DNA of 64,000 nt from a virus. Shown piece by piece: positions 9,264-17,257 of this stretch. The notes under the pieces were generated by a model that was not told the DNA's origin, did no database searches, and worked only from the letters and a program-made list of their open reading frames with translations. The stretch covers positions 1 to 64,000 of IMG/VR virus record IMGVR_UViG_3300044979_000004; one strand, 5' to 3'. The stretch's first letter is position 1. Each line of letters opens with the position of its first letter. A program made the translations under genes and the position numbers.

Positions 9264-9353
9264 TAATCTTTTACAGCGCACTTGCGGAACAAATTACTGC
9301 CTTCTATGGTGCGCTCACAGGTTCTTTAGCAGTCTACTGTTATCCGCCAACTT

Positions 9354-9536
9354 CTAACTCGGCCTGCGGCAATTCCACTGTGCAGGACTTGGGACACTCA
9401 CTGCCAGTTTCATGTAAACCGGACTTCCGCCTCTTGCGTCGTCGTGAACATCACATTCTGGTCCTAGATCAGTTAGTTTTCCAATCTTCTCTTTAGTCCT
9501 TCCGCACACTGGGCACTTGTAGCTGTAAATTGCCAT
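9354..9536 (-). CDS. FmdB-like zinc-ribbon protein
   Basis: MAIYSYKCPVCG...PEC...M pattern; AGGAG RBS. Confidence 0.75.
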   Translation of the reverse strand: MAIYSYKCPVCGRTKEKIGKLTDLGPECDVHDDARGGSPVYMKLAVSVPSPAQWNCRRPS

Positions 9537-9640
9537 GTTACTCCTAAAATCATATATCCAGGGAATCGTCGTGGTCGATTAAGGTCAACGTCTTGACCCA
9601 CTAGCCCTCATGCACACCCACGCCAGCGGCTCGTTCAAAA

Positions 9641-9727
9641 TGGTCGGGGTAGGAGGATTCGAACCTCCAGTGATCTAATCTCCGATTTCCAAAACCGGAC
9701 GGCTCCCAACTACCGTTTTACACCCCG
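9641..9727 (-). tRNA. tRNA-Pro(UGG) with enlarged variable region
   Basis: CGGGGTG/TACCCCG acceptor, CCGGT-TTTGGAA-ATCGG arm, GGAGG-TTCGAAT-CCTCC T arm, ACCA. Confidence 0.85.
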
Positions 9728-9728
9728 A

Positions 9729-10007
9729 TTAACTAAAATGTACGATACCGTCTGAATCTGTTATTGCCGAAGAAGCATCAACCCAGAATCCGTTGACAGC
9801 TTCGCCTGAATCTCGGTTCCTGAGTGTGAATTGTGTTGTGCAGTTGCATCCATTGATCCGGAAGCCTCTGGCCTTCACGTTGATGGGAACCTCCCCGTCA
9901 TTATACACGATAGGGTAGTCCAAGTCACCAGTAATTTTTACTCGAAAAGCCATAGTCTCCTCAATGGGGTGGCCGGTGGAAGTCGAATCCACCAAAACTG
10001 GAGTCAC
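9729..10007 (-). CDS. Hypothetical protein
   Basis: ORF in operon; start may be the internal MAFRVK preceded by GAGGAG. Confidence 0.5.
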   Translation of the reverse strand: MTPVLVDSTSTGHPIEETMAFRVKITGDLDYPIVYNDGEVPINVKARGFRINGCNCTTQFTLRNRDSGEAVNGFWVDASSAITDSDGIVHFS

Positions 10008-10057
10008 AGTCTAGCCCAACGTACCGATAGTTGGCACGGCCACAGTCAATTAGTCAA

Positions 10058-10522
10058 TTAGTCGTGCTCGTAGTTTTCAGTCTCAACGCCGGTCTTAGTC
10101 ACTACGACCTTAGCGTGATCACCGAACATTCCGAGATAGTCATCGTCATCAAACAGTTCCAAGAAGTTCAGAATTTCCTTGACCGCTGAATCATTAACTG
10201 AAAGAGCCGTTTGGTCAACGTACTTTTTTCCGTCATAGTACTTCAGATTTAAAAGGCCAAAATATTCTCGCTCCTCGTCTTCATCGGTGAATTTAAAATC
10301 GATGTCATCAACATTAGCGCTAAATTCACATGTTTCACCATCATTGAAATAGGGTGTGTACTGCCTCCACGCAAAGTACTCCAAAGTGGGAAACTCTTGG
10401 AACAACGTGCTAGTAGCTTCCTTGAACAAAATCTTTGCGCTCTCACGAATCTTCTTGCTAAGTTCCTCACGCTGAGACCGAAGGTCTTTCAGCTTGTCTA
10501 CTGCTTCTTGATTCAAACTCAT
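10058..10522 (-). CDS. Conserved acidic phage protein
   Basis: WRQYTPYFNDGETCEF and FGDH...YEHD motifs, which I recognise from phage proteins next to DUF6915 genes. Confidence 0.7.
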   Translation of the reverse strand: MSLNQEAVDKLKDLRSQREELSKKIRESAKILFKEATSTLFQEFPTLEYFAWRQYTPYFNDGETCEFSANVDDIDFKFTDEDEEREYFGLLNLKYYDGKKYVDQTALSVNDSAVKEILNFLELFDDDDYLGMFGDHAKVVVTKTGVETENYEHD

Positions 10523-10914
10523 AGTTCGACCTTTCTCCTCACTGTATCACGTTTTGCTAATTTTGCAAATGATGGCGGTGCGCCAGCACCTTTTACCATC
10601 CACTCTTGTAATTCAATTTCCTGAAGGAAGTCCTGGGCAGATGGAATATATCGTCCGCCATAGTCTTCAAGAACGTGTTGCTCTCCAATATCCCTTACGG
10701 AGACTTTCCTGTTATCACTATTGGTAATGTTGTGCCCGAATACTTTCTCAAGAATCACAGACAGGAACCAAGCGTTATGAGTCAGTGCCCTATGTCTGCT
10801 ATCTGCGATCTGTCCTTTTGACGAGTCGAGTAAGTCATGAATAGTAAGGTAGTCCTCTGGAACCCCTCCCCACTTCCTTGCTGAAGACAACGCGTGAATG
10901 TATGGCTTAGCCAT
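10519..10914 (-). CDS. DUF6915-like protein
   Basis: PYIHALSSARKWGG.PEDY..IH...DSSK...HRALTH...GEQHVLED. Confidence 0.75.
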   Translation of the reverse strand: MAKPYIHALSSARKWGGVPEDYLTIHDLLDSSKGQIADSRHRALTHNAWFLSVILEKVFGHNITNSDNRKVSVRDIGEQHVLEDYGGRYIPSAQDFLQEIELQEWMVKGAGAPPSFAKLAKRDTVRRKVEL

Positions 10915-10925
10915 GATTCCTTTCT

Positions 10926-11002
10926 TGGGATTGGGGCAGGATTCGAACCTGTCGTTTCCACCGCTAATCAGTGGCGTCCTTGTCCACTAGACGACCCGCA
11001 CC
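10926..11002 (-). ncRNA. Degenerate tRNA-Glu-like element
   Basis: Glu-type D arm GTC-TAGTGGACAAG-GAC, CCACT/GGTGG stem with loop GATTAGC, GGTTCGAATCC T arm, poorly paired acceptor stem. Confidence 0.55.
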
Positions 11003-11020
11003 ATAAATCTTTTCTGAATC

Positions 11021-11163
11021 GGTGGGGATAGGTGGGAAACGAACCAATTCCTGTGTACTTCAGGATCACCAACTTCTTCTTCGTGGTTTTACATGTACAT
11101 TAGCCGTCGCCTCTGTCGATAATGTAAAACGGTGGAAGCGCTCTTCCCTTGAGCTATATCCCC
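11021..11163 (-). ncRNA. tRNA-like RNA with greatly extended anticodon arm
   Basis: GGGGATA/TATCCCC acceptor plus ACC, canonical D arm GCTC-AAGGGAA-GAGC, long GTTTTACAT/ATGTAAAAC stem in place of the anticodon loop. Confidence 0.65.
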
Positions 11164-11169
11164 ATAATC

Positions 11170-11578
11170 TCATGTGACCAGTTTCACACTTTCGTCAAGC
11201 CGGTCAAAAGCCGTCATATGTTTGTGCCATAACGCAACAACTTCAATTCTCGATTAATGTTGTCAAAACGCCGTTCTTGTCTTTTATTTGAGGCTCATGA
11301 AAGACGGATGAAACGTTGAGCCTTCTCAATCTTTGCCACTATTCTTTTACAAAGTCAGTGGCCAACTCCGTGTCCTAACTTCTTAGGCCATTACCAGATC
11401 GTTAACGTTTGTCTCAACGCCATAGTTGCTGTTTCCAGTAACCATGTTGGCAAGAAGTTCGTCAACAAGTCCAGTCTGCGAGTTTGTGCTTGCAGTTATT
11501 GGTTTACGCAGTTACGGCTGTCGTCTACCGGCACGTCCACAACACCTTGAATAGTACAATCGAAACCTGGACGCACCC
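11170..11578 (-). ncRNA. ssrA: tmRNA coding piece (5' acceptor strand, PK1, tag ORF, downstream pseudoknots); 3' boundary approximate
   Basis: Starts GGGTGCGTCCAGGTTTCGA; PK1-like CGGT..GCCG-TAA; resume context ATAACT-GCA; tag 11493-11383 ending LVMA*; pseudoknots GCCACT/AGTGGC and AGGCTCA/TGAGCCT. Confidence 0.88.
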
Positions 11579-11797
11579 AAAATTCAGCTAAGTTACCCAT
11601 TTGTAGGACTCGAACCTACGGCCATGTTATCTTAGCTTCATTTAGCATTGTCAACCCTGAGATTTGGCCGGGATCGAACCTGCACTTTTCTCCGACTTTG
11701 CTAAATTGATTGTGTAGAACTTATCGTTTCAACCAGCTAGCCAGCTAGCCAGCCAGCTAACGGGGTCTGGTTCTACACAAATTGTTAATACCAAACT

Positions 11798-11926
11798 TGG
11801 TGGATGCGGCGGGAATTGAACCCGCGTCTTATACTACAACATGCGCTTCATACGTGCGTACTTGTTTCCGGGTGCCTTTTGCCGAAGCTAATACAGCGAA
11901 GGTATCTAAAGAGCTACTTCACCCGG
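11798..11926 (-). ncRNA. ssrA: tmRNA acceptor piece (helix-2 strand, T arm, CCA), upstream of the coding piece; 5' boundary approximate
   Basis: Ends GACGCGGGTTCAATTCCCGCCGCATCCACCA; CGCATCC pairs with GGGTGCG giving G3:U70; TAGTATAA and GCACGT pair with TTGTACTA and ACGTGC of the coding piece. Confidence 0.88.
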
Positions 11927-11941
11927 CGTATTTAATACGTT

Positions 11942-12190
11942 TTACAGCTTGCTGATATCGGCCTTTACATCGGCAACAGCAGTCTTAACATCAGACTCAA
12001 CTGTTGCTACGGCGCTCTTAACTACAGGCGTTGCAGCAGCGACTACCACTCCAACCTTGGACTTCAGAGCAGCGATGTCTGACTTTGCTGCGGCGATGTC
12101 CGCATTTGCTGCTGTGCGGAACTTTGAATTGGTGACATACTCAACGCCACCAACGATAAGGGAAAGTACTACTCCGACTTCAAGAATCAT
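11942..12190 (-). CDS. Small membrane-anchored Ala/Val-rich protein
   Basis: AGGAG RBS, N-terminal hydrophobic helix, amphipathic repeats. Confidence 0.65.
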   Translation of the reverse strand: MILEVGVVLSLIVGGVEYVTNSKFRTAANADIAAAKSDIAALKSKVGVVVAAATPVVKSAVATVESDVKTAVADVKADISKL

Positions 12191-12198
12191 TTGTTCTC

Positions 12199-12657
12199 CT
12201 AAGTTTCAATTACATTAGGGGCCTCACAGCCCTCCACCACCTGATGTTTCCGGTCAGGCACGGGTTCTATCTGTCGAGCAACTTCTTTAACTTGTAAAGC
12301 TATTATACCACGCTGTCTCGGCCCTGTCAAGTACTTTTCACGTCTTTTTTTCTCTTTTTCTCTTGCAGCCCGTTCCAAAGCAACTGGTAATGCTCTATCT
12401 CGTTGAGCCTTCGTAGCTTCTTCACAAAACTTAGCTATCTCGTGCAGACTCGCGGAGTCAATCATGTTGGCTAAAGGGAAGAATACATAGGCAATAAAGT
12501 TCGTCTGCCATCTAATGTACCCTAACATTTGCCGGTTGTGTCTGTTGAAAGGAGTGTATTTCCTGGTTTTAGCTCCTTTTTTGACCGGCCCATCGTCTCT
12601 AAAGTCAATTTTAGGGCCTCGGAACCATCCTAGGGCTATCCGTTCAATCTCGATCAT
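12199..12657 (-). CDS. Hypothetical protein (probably leaderless)
   Basis: 152-aa ORF; ATG 7 nt after a -10 box. Confidence 0.6.
   Translation of the reverse strand: MIEIERIALGWFRGPKIDFRDDGPVKKGAKTRKYTPFNRHNRQMLGYIRWQTNFIAYVFFPLANMIDSASLHEIAKFCEEATKAQRDRALPVALERAAREKEKKRREKYLTGPRQRGIIALQVKEVARQIEPVPDRKHQVVEGCEAPNVIET
12302..12330 (-). promoter_or_regulatory. Consensus sigma70 promoter facing the tmRNA/tRNA cluster
   Basis: TTGACA-17-TATAAT with TG extension. Confidence 0.8.
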
Positions 12658-12663
12658 GTAACC

Positions 12664-12692
12664 ATTGTATCAAGAATTTGCCGACTTGTCAA
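12664..12692 (-). promoter_or_regulatory. Sigma70 promoter
   Basis: TTGACA-17-TACAAT, ATG 12657 at +7. Confidence 0.75.
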
Positions 12693-13059
12693 GCCCTTCC
12701 GCAAACTTTTTTAGAGCAGCCGCCTGATCCTTGATTACCTCGCGGGTTATATATCCCAGATGGTACGCAACGGTTTCCTCACAAGGTTTAGCGTTGATCC
12801 AATTGAACATATTCGAGACAGCGTGATAAACTTCGTGGACAATAACTCCACTAGGAGCATTAACCGGGTACACAAGATAAGTATGACTCTTAGTAGTGAA
12901 CTTAATGGTAAAAGCTTCTGTGTCACTACAGTCAAAGTCAGACGAAAGAAGTCCTTTCGACTTTAGTTTTTCGACTAAAGCACTTAGATCATCAGTAAAG
13001 ATGACGTAAATTCGGTAGCCATAAACAGGCATGGGAATGACTGTCTCGATTTGTCTCAT
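12670..13059 (-). CDS. HEXXH zinc-metallopeptidase-like protein
   Basis: IVHEVYHAV followed by EETVAY. Confidence 0.7.
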   Translation of the reverse strand: MRQIETVIPMPVYGYRIYVIFTDDLSALVEKLKSKGLLSSDFDCSDTEAFTIKFTTKSHTYLVYPVNAPSGVIVHEVYHAVSNMFNWINAKPCEETVAYHLGYITREVIKDQAAALKKFAEGLDKSANS

Positions 13060-15632
13060 TATTTGCTCCAGTAGTCTTCAATGTGATATTCACTCAGCAT
13101 TTTCAACTTTTTCACTTTAACTGCCCCGGCTCGATAAATTGCGTCTTCTAGTTCTTTGGCAACATCTTGGGCCAGTTCCGAGGGCACCGATACGACCAGT
13201 TCATCATGCACCATCTTCAACAGACGCGCATGATACTTGGGTAAAATATGAAACAGGAATCCTTTACCCTCAGAGTCAAATAGAGAAGACATTGCCAGCT
13301 TAATCACAGAAGCGTTAGCTCCTTGAATGCAATGATTCATACCTTGCCGTTCAATATTCTGGTGCATGGATGCAAACCTTTTAGCAATTTCGTCGTTACC
13401 TGGAGAACGGTGAGTCAGAGAAAACGTTTCGTCTTTTGTCGGTTTGCGCCCTTTGACTGTCTCAAATGTGATTAGGTTGTTGAGGCACTCCTCACTGGGA
13501 ACTAAAAATTTGTCCGGATCGTCTTCTAGAAGCAACTGCTTTGCCCTTTCCCAAGTAGGTTCCGGAAACAACCTACGTCTTCCGAACACGTCAAATGCTT
13601 TTTTGAAAATCTTAGCATCTGATCCCGACTTGCCTAGATAAGTCCAGATATTCGGGAAAAGCTGCTTATGCTTTGTGATAAGGTCGAGAGTTTCCGCGTA
13701 TGTCTTTCCAATTTGTTTGGAAAGCTTGCGTGGCCCGATCCCGTAACAAAGTCCGAAATTGGCGCTTTTAGTTGCATTACGCAGCGCATTATGTCCTTCG
13801 CATTTGCACTTAAACTTCTGCTGGCTTCCGTCTTCTTTTAATTTGTAGTAAGCGCAGTTCGGCAAAGCGAGCTTCGCCCATTCTTCTTCATAGAGCAGGG
13901 CTGTGCAGACACTATGAATATCCTCCCCACGATTAAATGCGTCGATCCAAATAGAATCGTTAGCCGCTTCAGCCAGCAGTCTTAGCTCGGCACCGCTCAT
14001 GTCAGTGGTTATCAACTTGTGACCGTCATCAGCAATAAAGCAGGACCGTATTTCCTTATCTTGCGGAAGATTCTGACCGTTTGGCTGGCTAGAACTGCTC
14101 CTTCCCGTTTCTGCTTCTTGTTGGTTGAAATGGCTGTGCAGTCGTTGGTCGCCGGGGTTCAGCCATCCTTCCTCCTTGCAGGCGTGCGTGGTCCAGCAGG
14201 TAGCCCAACTCGCTCCATAAGTCCCCACCAGCTTAGACAGTTCATGATATTTTTGAATCAATGTCATGACAGTCAAGTTGCTGTACTTTTCTAGAACTTC
14301 ATCGTCTAGGGAATCTATTTTGGCCAATTGCTTGTACATTTGCCGGAGAACTTTGATCAACTGTGCATTAGAACTGTAGTTGATAAGGGCCTCGCCTTCA
14401 CAATCAGCGGCAAGTTTGTTAATTGCTGTGCGCTTCTTTTTCAAATCGCTACACTTGGTTTTGAGAATTTCTTTTTCAAGTTTTCTCTGCTGCTCCCATT
14501 GACTCATTTGGACTTCTAGTTCGGCCTGTTGCAGGCGGTTGGTTGATGCCTCATCGCTGTCAGGGGCTAGCTTCCTGCTCTCTTTGCGCAGTGTGATGAG
14601 TTTCAACTTTAGGTCCAATTCTTGCGGGCGCGTCGTGTTGTATGACTTCCATTCATCCTCAAGGGCCAGAATAGTTTCATCCTTGATAATTTCATTCTTA
14701 GAGCCTACTAGGGGCAGAAAATACACATCCAAAGCCGAAACCACATCAGCCAACTCTTTCTTGTTCTTTTCCACACGAGCATTCCACTTTTCTACGTCAA
14801 GTCGTTCTCCGTGAATGTGCATGGATATAAAGGCGTTGATGGCTCCGTTTTCGATTTTGCAAATCTCTTCAAGATTGTCTCCTAGCACTTGCTGGTCAAG
14901 TTTTGCCAACAAGTCGGCAGCTTTATTCTGGCCTTTGGCTCGTAGGGATTTTACTGTGTTTCCTTTGATGATAAGTTCCTGAGCCTTTTTGATTGCTAAA
15001 GGTAAACGGGTGTCAAGTGCCGCGTATTCGATCTGAGCCTGCGACAGCAGTTGATCTAGTGTAAACGAAGTTTGAAGTTCCTTGTCAACCTGCATTCCGA
15101 AGTAGCGCCCGAACATTTCTTCAAGACCGTAAAACGCAAAATCCTTGAGGCTGTGAATTCCTGCGTAAATGCAGCGTTCGACTACACTTGTGTCGAACAA
15201 ATTCCATGGTTGTACACCAAAATTCCAATAGAATGTCGAGAACTCAAATCCTAGATTCACACCGACAAGTTCAAGTTTACCAGTCACATACGGAGTGATT
15301 GCTTGAATAAACTCTTGCAACTTTGGGGCCTTGTAGAGATTTTTACCATATTCTCCCTGGCAGTCGAATAGAAGATTAGAATCGCCATCGCACAATTCTA
15401 GAAGGTCTACGACATACTGTTTCTCAAGAACTCCGAACTGAATGGTCCGGCAGCGTCTCCAGTAAAAGTCTTTCTTTACATCTGTTTCCACATCAAGCCC
15501 CGTTGCTGTGTCCGACTTGCTAGCCTGTTCTTCCAAAAACTTTAGCAACAAGTCAATGCCTTGCGTATCGTTTACGTAAGTGACATTCAGCGGAGGGTTC
15601 AGCACTAGAGGCTTCAGTTCAACATTATCCAT
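13059..15632 (-). CDS. polA: Family A DNA polymerase with 3'-5' exonuclease
   Basis: Exo GLDVET and YAALD; TGRSSSSQPNGQNLP; motif A DMSGAELR; motif B RNATKSANFGLCYG; motif C MVHDELV. Confidence 0.95.
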   Translation of the reverse strand: MDNVELKPLVLNPPLNVTYVNDTQGIDLLLKFLEEQASKSDTATGLDVETDVKKDFYWRRCRTIQFGVLEKQYVVDLLELCDGDSNLLFDCQGEYGKNLYKAPKLQEFIQAITPYVTGKLELVGVNLGFEFSTFYWNFGVQPWNLFDTSVVERCIYAGIHSLKDFAFYGLEEMFGRYFGMQVDKELQTSFTLDQLLSQAQIEYAALDTRLPLAIKKAQELIIKGNTVKSLRAKGQNKAADLLAKLDQQVLGDNLEEICKIENGAINAFISMHIHGERLDVEKWNARVEKNKKELADVVSALDVYFLPLVGSKNEIIKDETILALEDEWKSYNTTRPQELDLKLKLITLRKESRKLAPDSDEASTNRLQQAELEVQMSQWEQQRKLEKEILKTKCSDLKKKRTAINKLAADCEGEALINYSSNAQLIKVLRQMYKQLAKIDSLDDEVLEKYSNLTVMTLIQKYHELSKLVGTYGASWATCWTTHACKEEGWLNPGDQRLHSHFNQQEAETGRSSSSQPNGQNLPQDKEIRSCFIADDGHKLITTDMSGAELRLLAEAANDSIWIDAFNRGEDIHSVCTALLYEEEWAKLALPNCAYYKLKEDGSQQKFKCKCEGHNALRNATKSANFGLCYGIGPRKLSKQIGKTYAETLDLITKHKQLFPNIWTYLGKSGSDAKIFKKAFDVFGRRRLFPEPTWERAKQLLLEDDPDKFLVPSEECLNNLITFETVKGRKPTKDETFSLTHRSPGNDEIAKRFASMHQNIERQGMNHCIQGANASVIKLAMSSLFDSEGKGFLFHILPKYHARLLKMVHDELVVSVPSELAQDVAKELEDAIYRAGAVKVKKLKMLSEYHIEDYWSK

Positions 15633-15638
15633 AAAGCT

Positions 15639-15667
15639 ATTCTACCACACACCTTAGCCGAAGTCAA
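15639..15667 (-). promoter_or_regulatory. Sigma70 promoter of DNA polymerase
   Basis: TTGACT-17-TAGAAT, ATG 15632 at +7. Confidence 0.75.
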
Positions 15668-15708
15668 TAAGGCAGTGAAAAATAAATGAAAAAATTTGCG
15701 GTTGGGTG

Positions 15709-15737
15709 TTGACAAACGACTTCATCTTTGGTATAAT
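15709..15737 (+). promoter_or_regulatory. Sigma70 promoter of RNase H (divergent from pol promoter)
   Basis: TTGACA-17-TATAAT, ATG 15744 at +7. Confidence 0.85.
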
Positions 15738-15743
15738 GGAAAT

Positions 15744-16202
15744 ATGATTAGTCCTAACCGACACCTTCTAGCACTCAACTTTGACGGCAGCATATCAAAA
15801 CCCAATCCTGGCGGTTTCGCAGCTTGGGGTGCTCATCTGTCTGATAATGGGGAAGTTGTCTGGGAGGGATCAGGTCCAATCGGTAGAGGGCCGGACATGA
15901 GCAACAACTATGCGGAATTCTTCGCACTGGCCAAAGGACTTGAGAAGGTGAATGAAATCATCTCTTCGAATCCTGAGGACAAATACAGCTTGCTGGTGCG
16001 CGGGGATTCCGATCTGGTTATTCATATCATGAACAAAGAGTGGCGTCCAAACGATTCCAAACTTTACTTTCCTGCCTATGAGCTTGCTGCAAAAGAGTTT
16101 AAGGCGATCAGGAGTAAGGGGGTTGCAGTAAATTTTGATTGGATTCCTCGTGAAAATAACACAAAAGCTGACGAGCTATCTCGTTGGCAGCAATGGCAAT
16201 AA
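15744..16202 (+). CDS. rnhA: Ribonuclease HI family protein
   Basis: FDGS..PNPGG, SNNYAEF, RGDSDLV, WIPRENNTKADELS. Confidence 0.9.
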   Translation: MISPNRHLLALNFDGSISKPNPGGFAAWGAHLSDNGEVVWEGSGPIGRGPDMSNNYAEFFALAKGLEKVNEIISSNPEDKYSLLVRGDSDLVIHIMNKEWRPNDSKLYFPAYELAAKEFKAIRSKGVAVNFDWIPRENNTKADELSRWQQWQ

Positions 16203-16940
16203 CCTTAGCTTCGCGGCACTGCGTCAAAGGGTTAAATTAACGGGCCGCTTCCGGCAAGAGGAAAAACTTGCAAACGTTAGGACAGCGCAAGACGGGTTCT
16301 GAGTAAAATCAGTTTTCTGAGCAACGGGGTAACGGGCTATAAACAAGTGAGTGATGAACTCCACCTTCGACTCAGGCGATAAAACCAGTATAAGAAAAAT
16401 CCGTTGTAAAGCGTGTGGGTTTGATTAAATTGCGTAAGCCTTGCTAAATCAGAAGGATGCGCGGGACGGGCCACTCCCACGGTTCAGCTATATCGATAGG
16501 TGATTGTTAAGTCTAACTCATTTAGAATCAATGAGATGATTAAGTCATGTTCTCCGTGAATACCTTTCAGTCTAAAGGAGATAGGTATACACGTGATTAG
16601 CGGGAGCCTAAAGACTGGGACAAGCATAAGCCCGTACTGTATCTGAAGCAAGTCCATTACTAAAGTACTGTGGCTTGGATAAATAAATACCGTTTGAATC
16701 TTGGTATAGAAGTCCTTTGTTTTGTTATAGTTGAAAATGTTGTCAAATGATATCTGCAAGTTGTTGAAAACAAAGTAATTATTTTAGATTATTATTTGAC
16801 ATGGTGTGGTATACTGGGTATATAAGATTGAGAACGGGCGGCGGCTCCTCCACGTATCCTTCGGGGTACGTCCGCCGTCCTAAAACCTATGAGGACCAAA
16901 GGGCCGACCACAAATCGGCCCTTTCCTTTTTGGAGACTAC

Positions 16941-17216
16941 ATGGCCCTGCCGATAACGTTCCAAGCCACTATCGCCTCTACAGGCGTCCCTCAGGCGCTC
17001 CCCAATAACTCTTTGATCAAGGGCGGCATGTTCGCAGCTAAGACAGGCAACAATGCTGCCGGAATCGCTATCGGCAACGGAGCCACTGATAGCGCAACCA
17101 CAGGATACTTGCTTCTTCCTGCTACGAATACCCCATTCATTCCTTTCCAAAGAAACACCAATTCATTTTACATCGAAGGCACATCAGGGGATGTCCTATC
17201 CTTCTTAGGGAGCTAA
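16941..17216 (+). CDS. Small beta-rich putative virion protein
   Basis: GGAG RBS; Gly/Ala/Thr-rich 91 aa. Confidence 0.6.
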   Translation: MALPITFQATIASTGVPQALPNNSLIKGGMFAAKTGNNAAGIAIGNGATDSATTGYLLLPATNTPFIPFQRNTNSFYIEGTSGDVLSFLGS

Positions 17217-17257
17217 GATAAATGCGTATTGAATACGCGCCATAAGGAGCCTACTGT

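Noticed and set aside
9540-9640. Theta (HDV-like) or pistol ribozyme after tRNA-Pro
   Set aside because: Stems exist (CGTGG/CCACG, GGTCAA/TTGACC) but catalytic-core spacing and conserved residues do not match.
10926-11002. Stop-codon reassignment suggested by the UUA-loop tRNA-like element
   Set aside because: TAA, TAG and TGA all end conserved genes at expected lengths; the only in-frame break (portal) is explained by an intron.
11798-11830. tmRNA 3' end as a mere attP fragment for integration into host ssrA
   Set aside because: It pairs specifically with a 5' module and tag ORF 220 nt away, and no integrase is seen in the window; cannot be fully excluded.
16205-16490. RNase P RNA or group I intron
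   Set aside because: No GAGGAAAGTCC/CGGCTTA P4 motifs and no P7 GACTA/TAGTC core.
16484-16759. 91-aa minus-strand ORF
   Set aside because: TTG start, no RBS, no recognisable motif; region looks like structured non-coding sequence.
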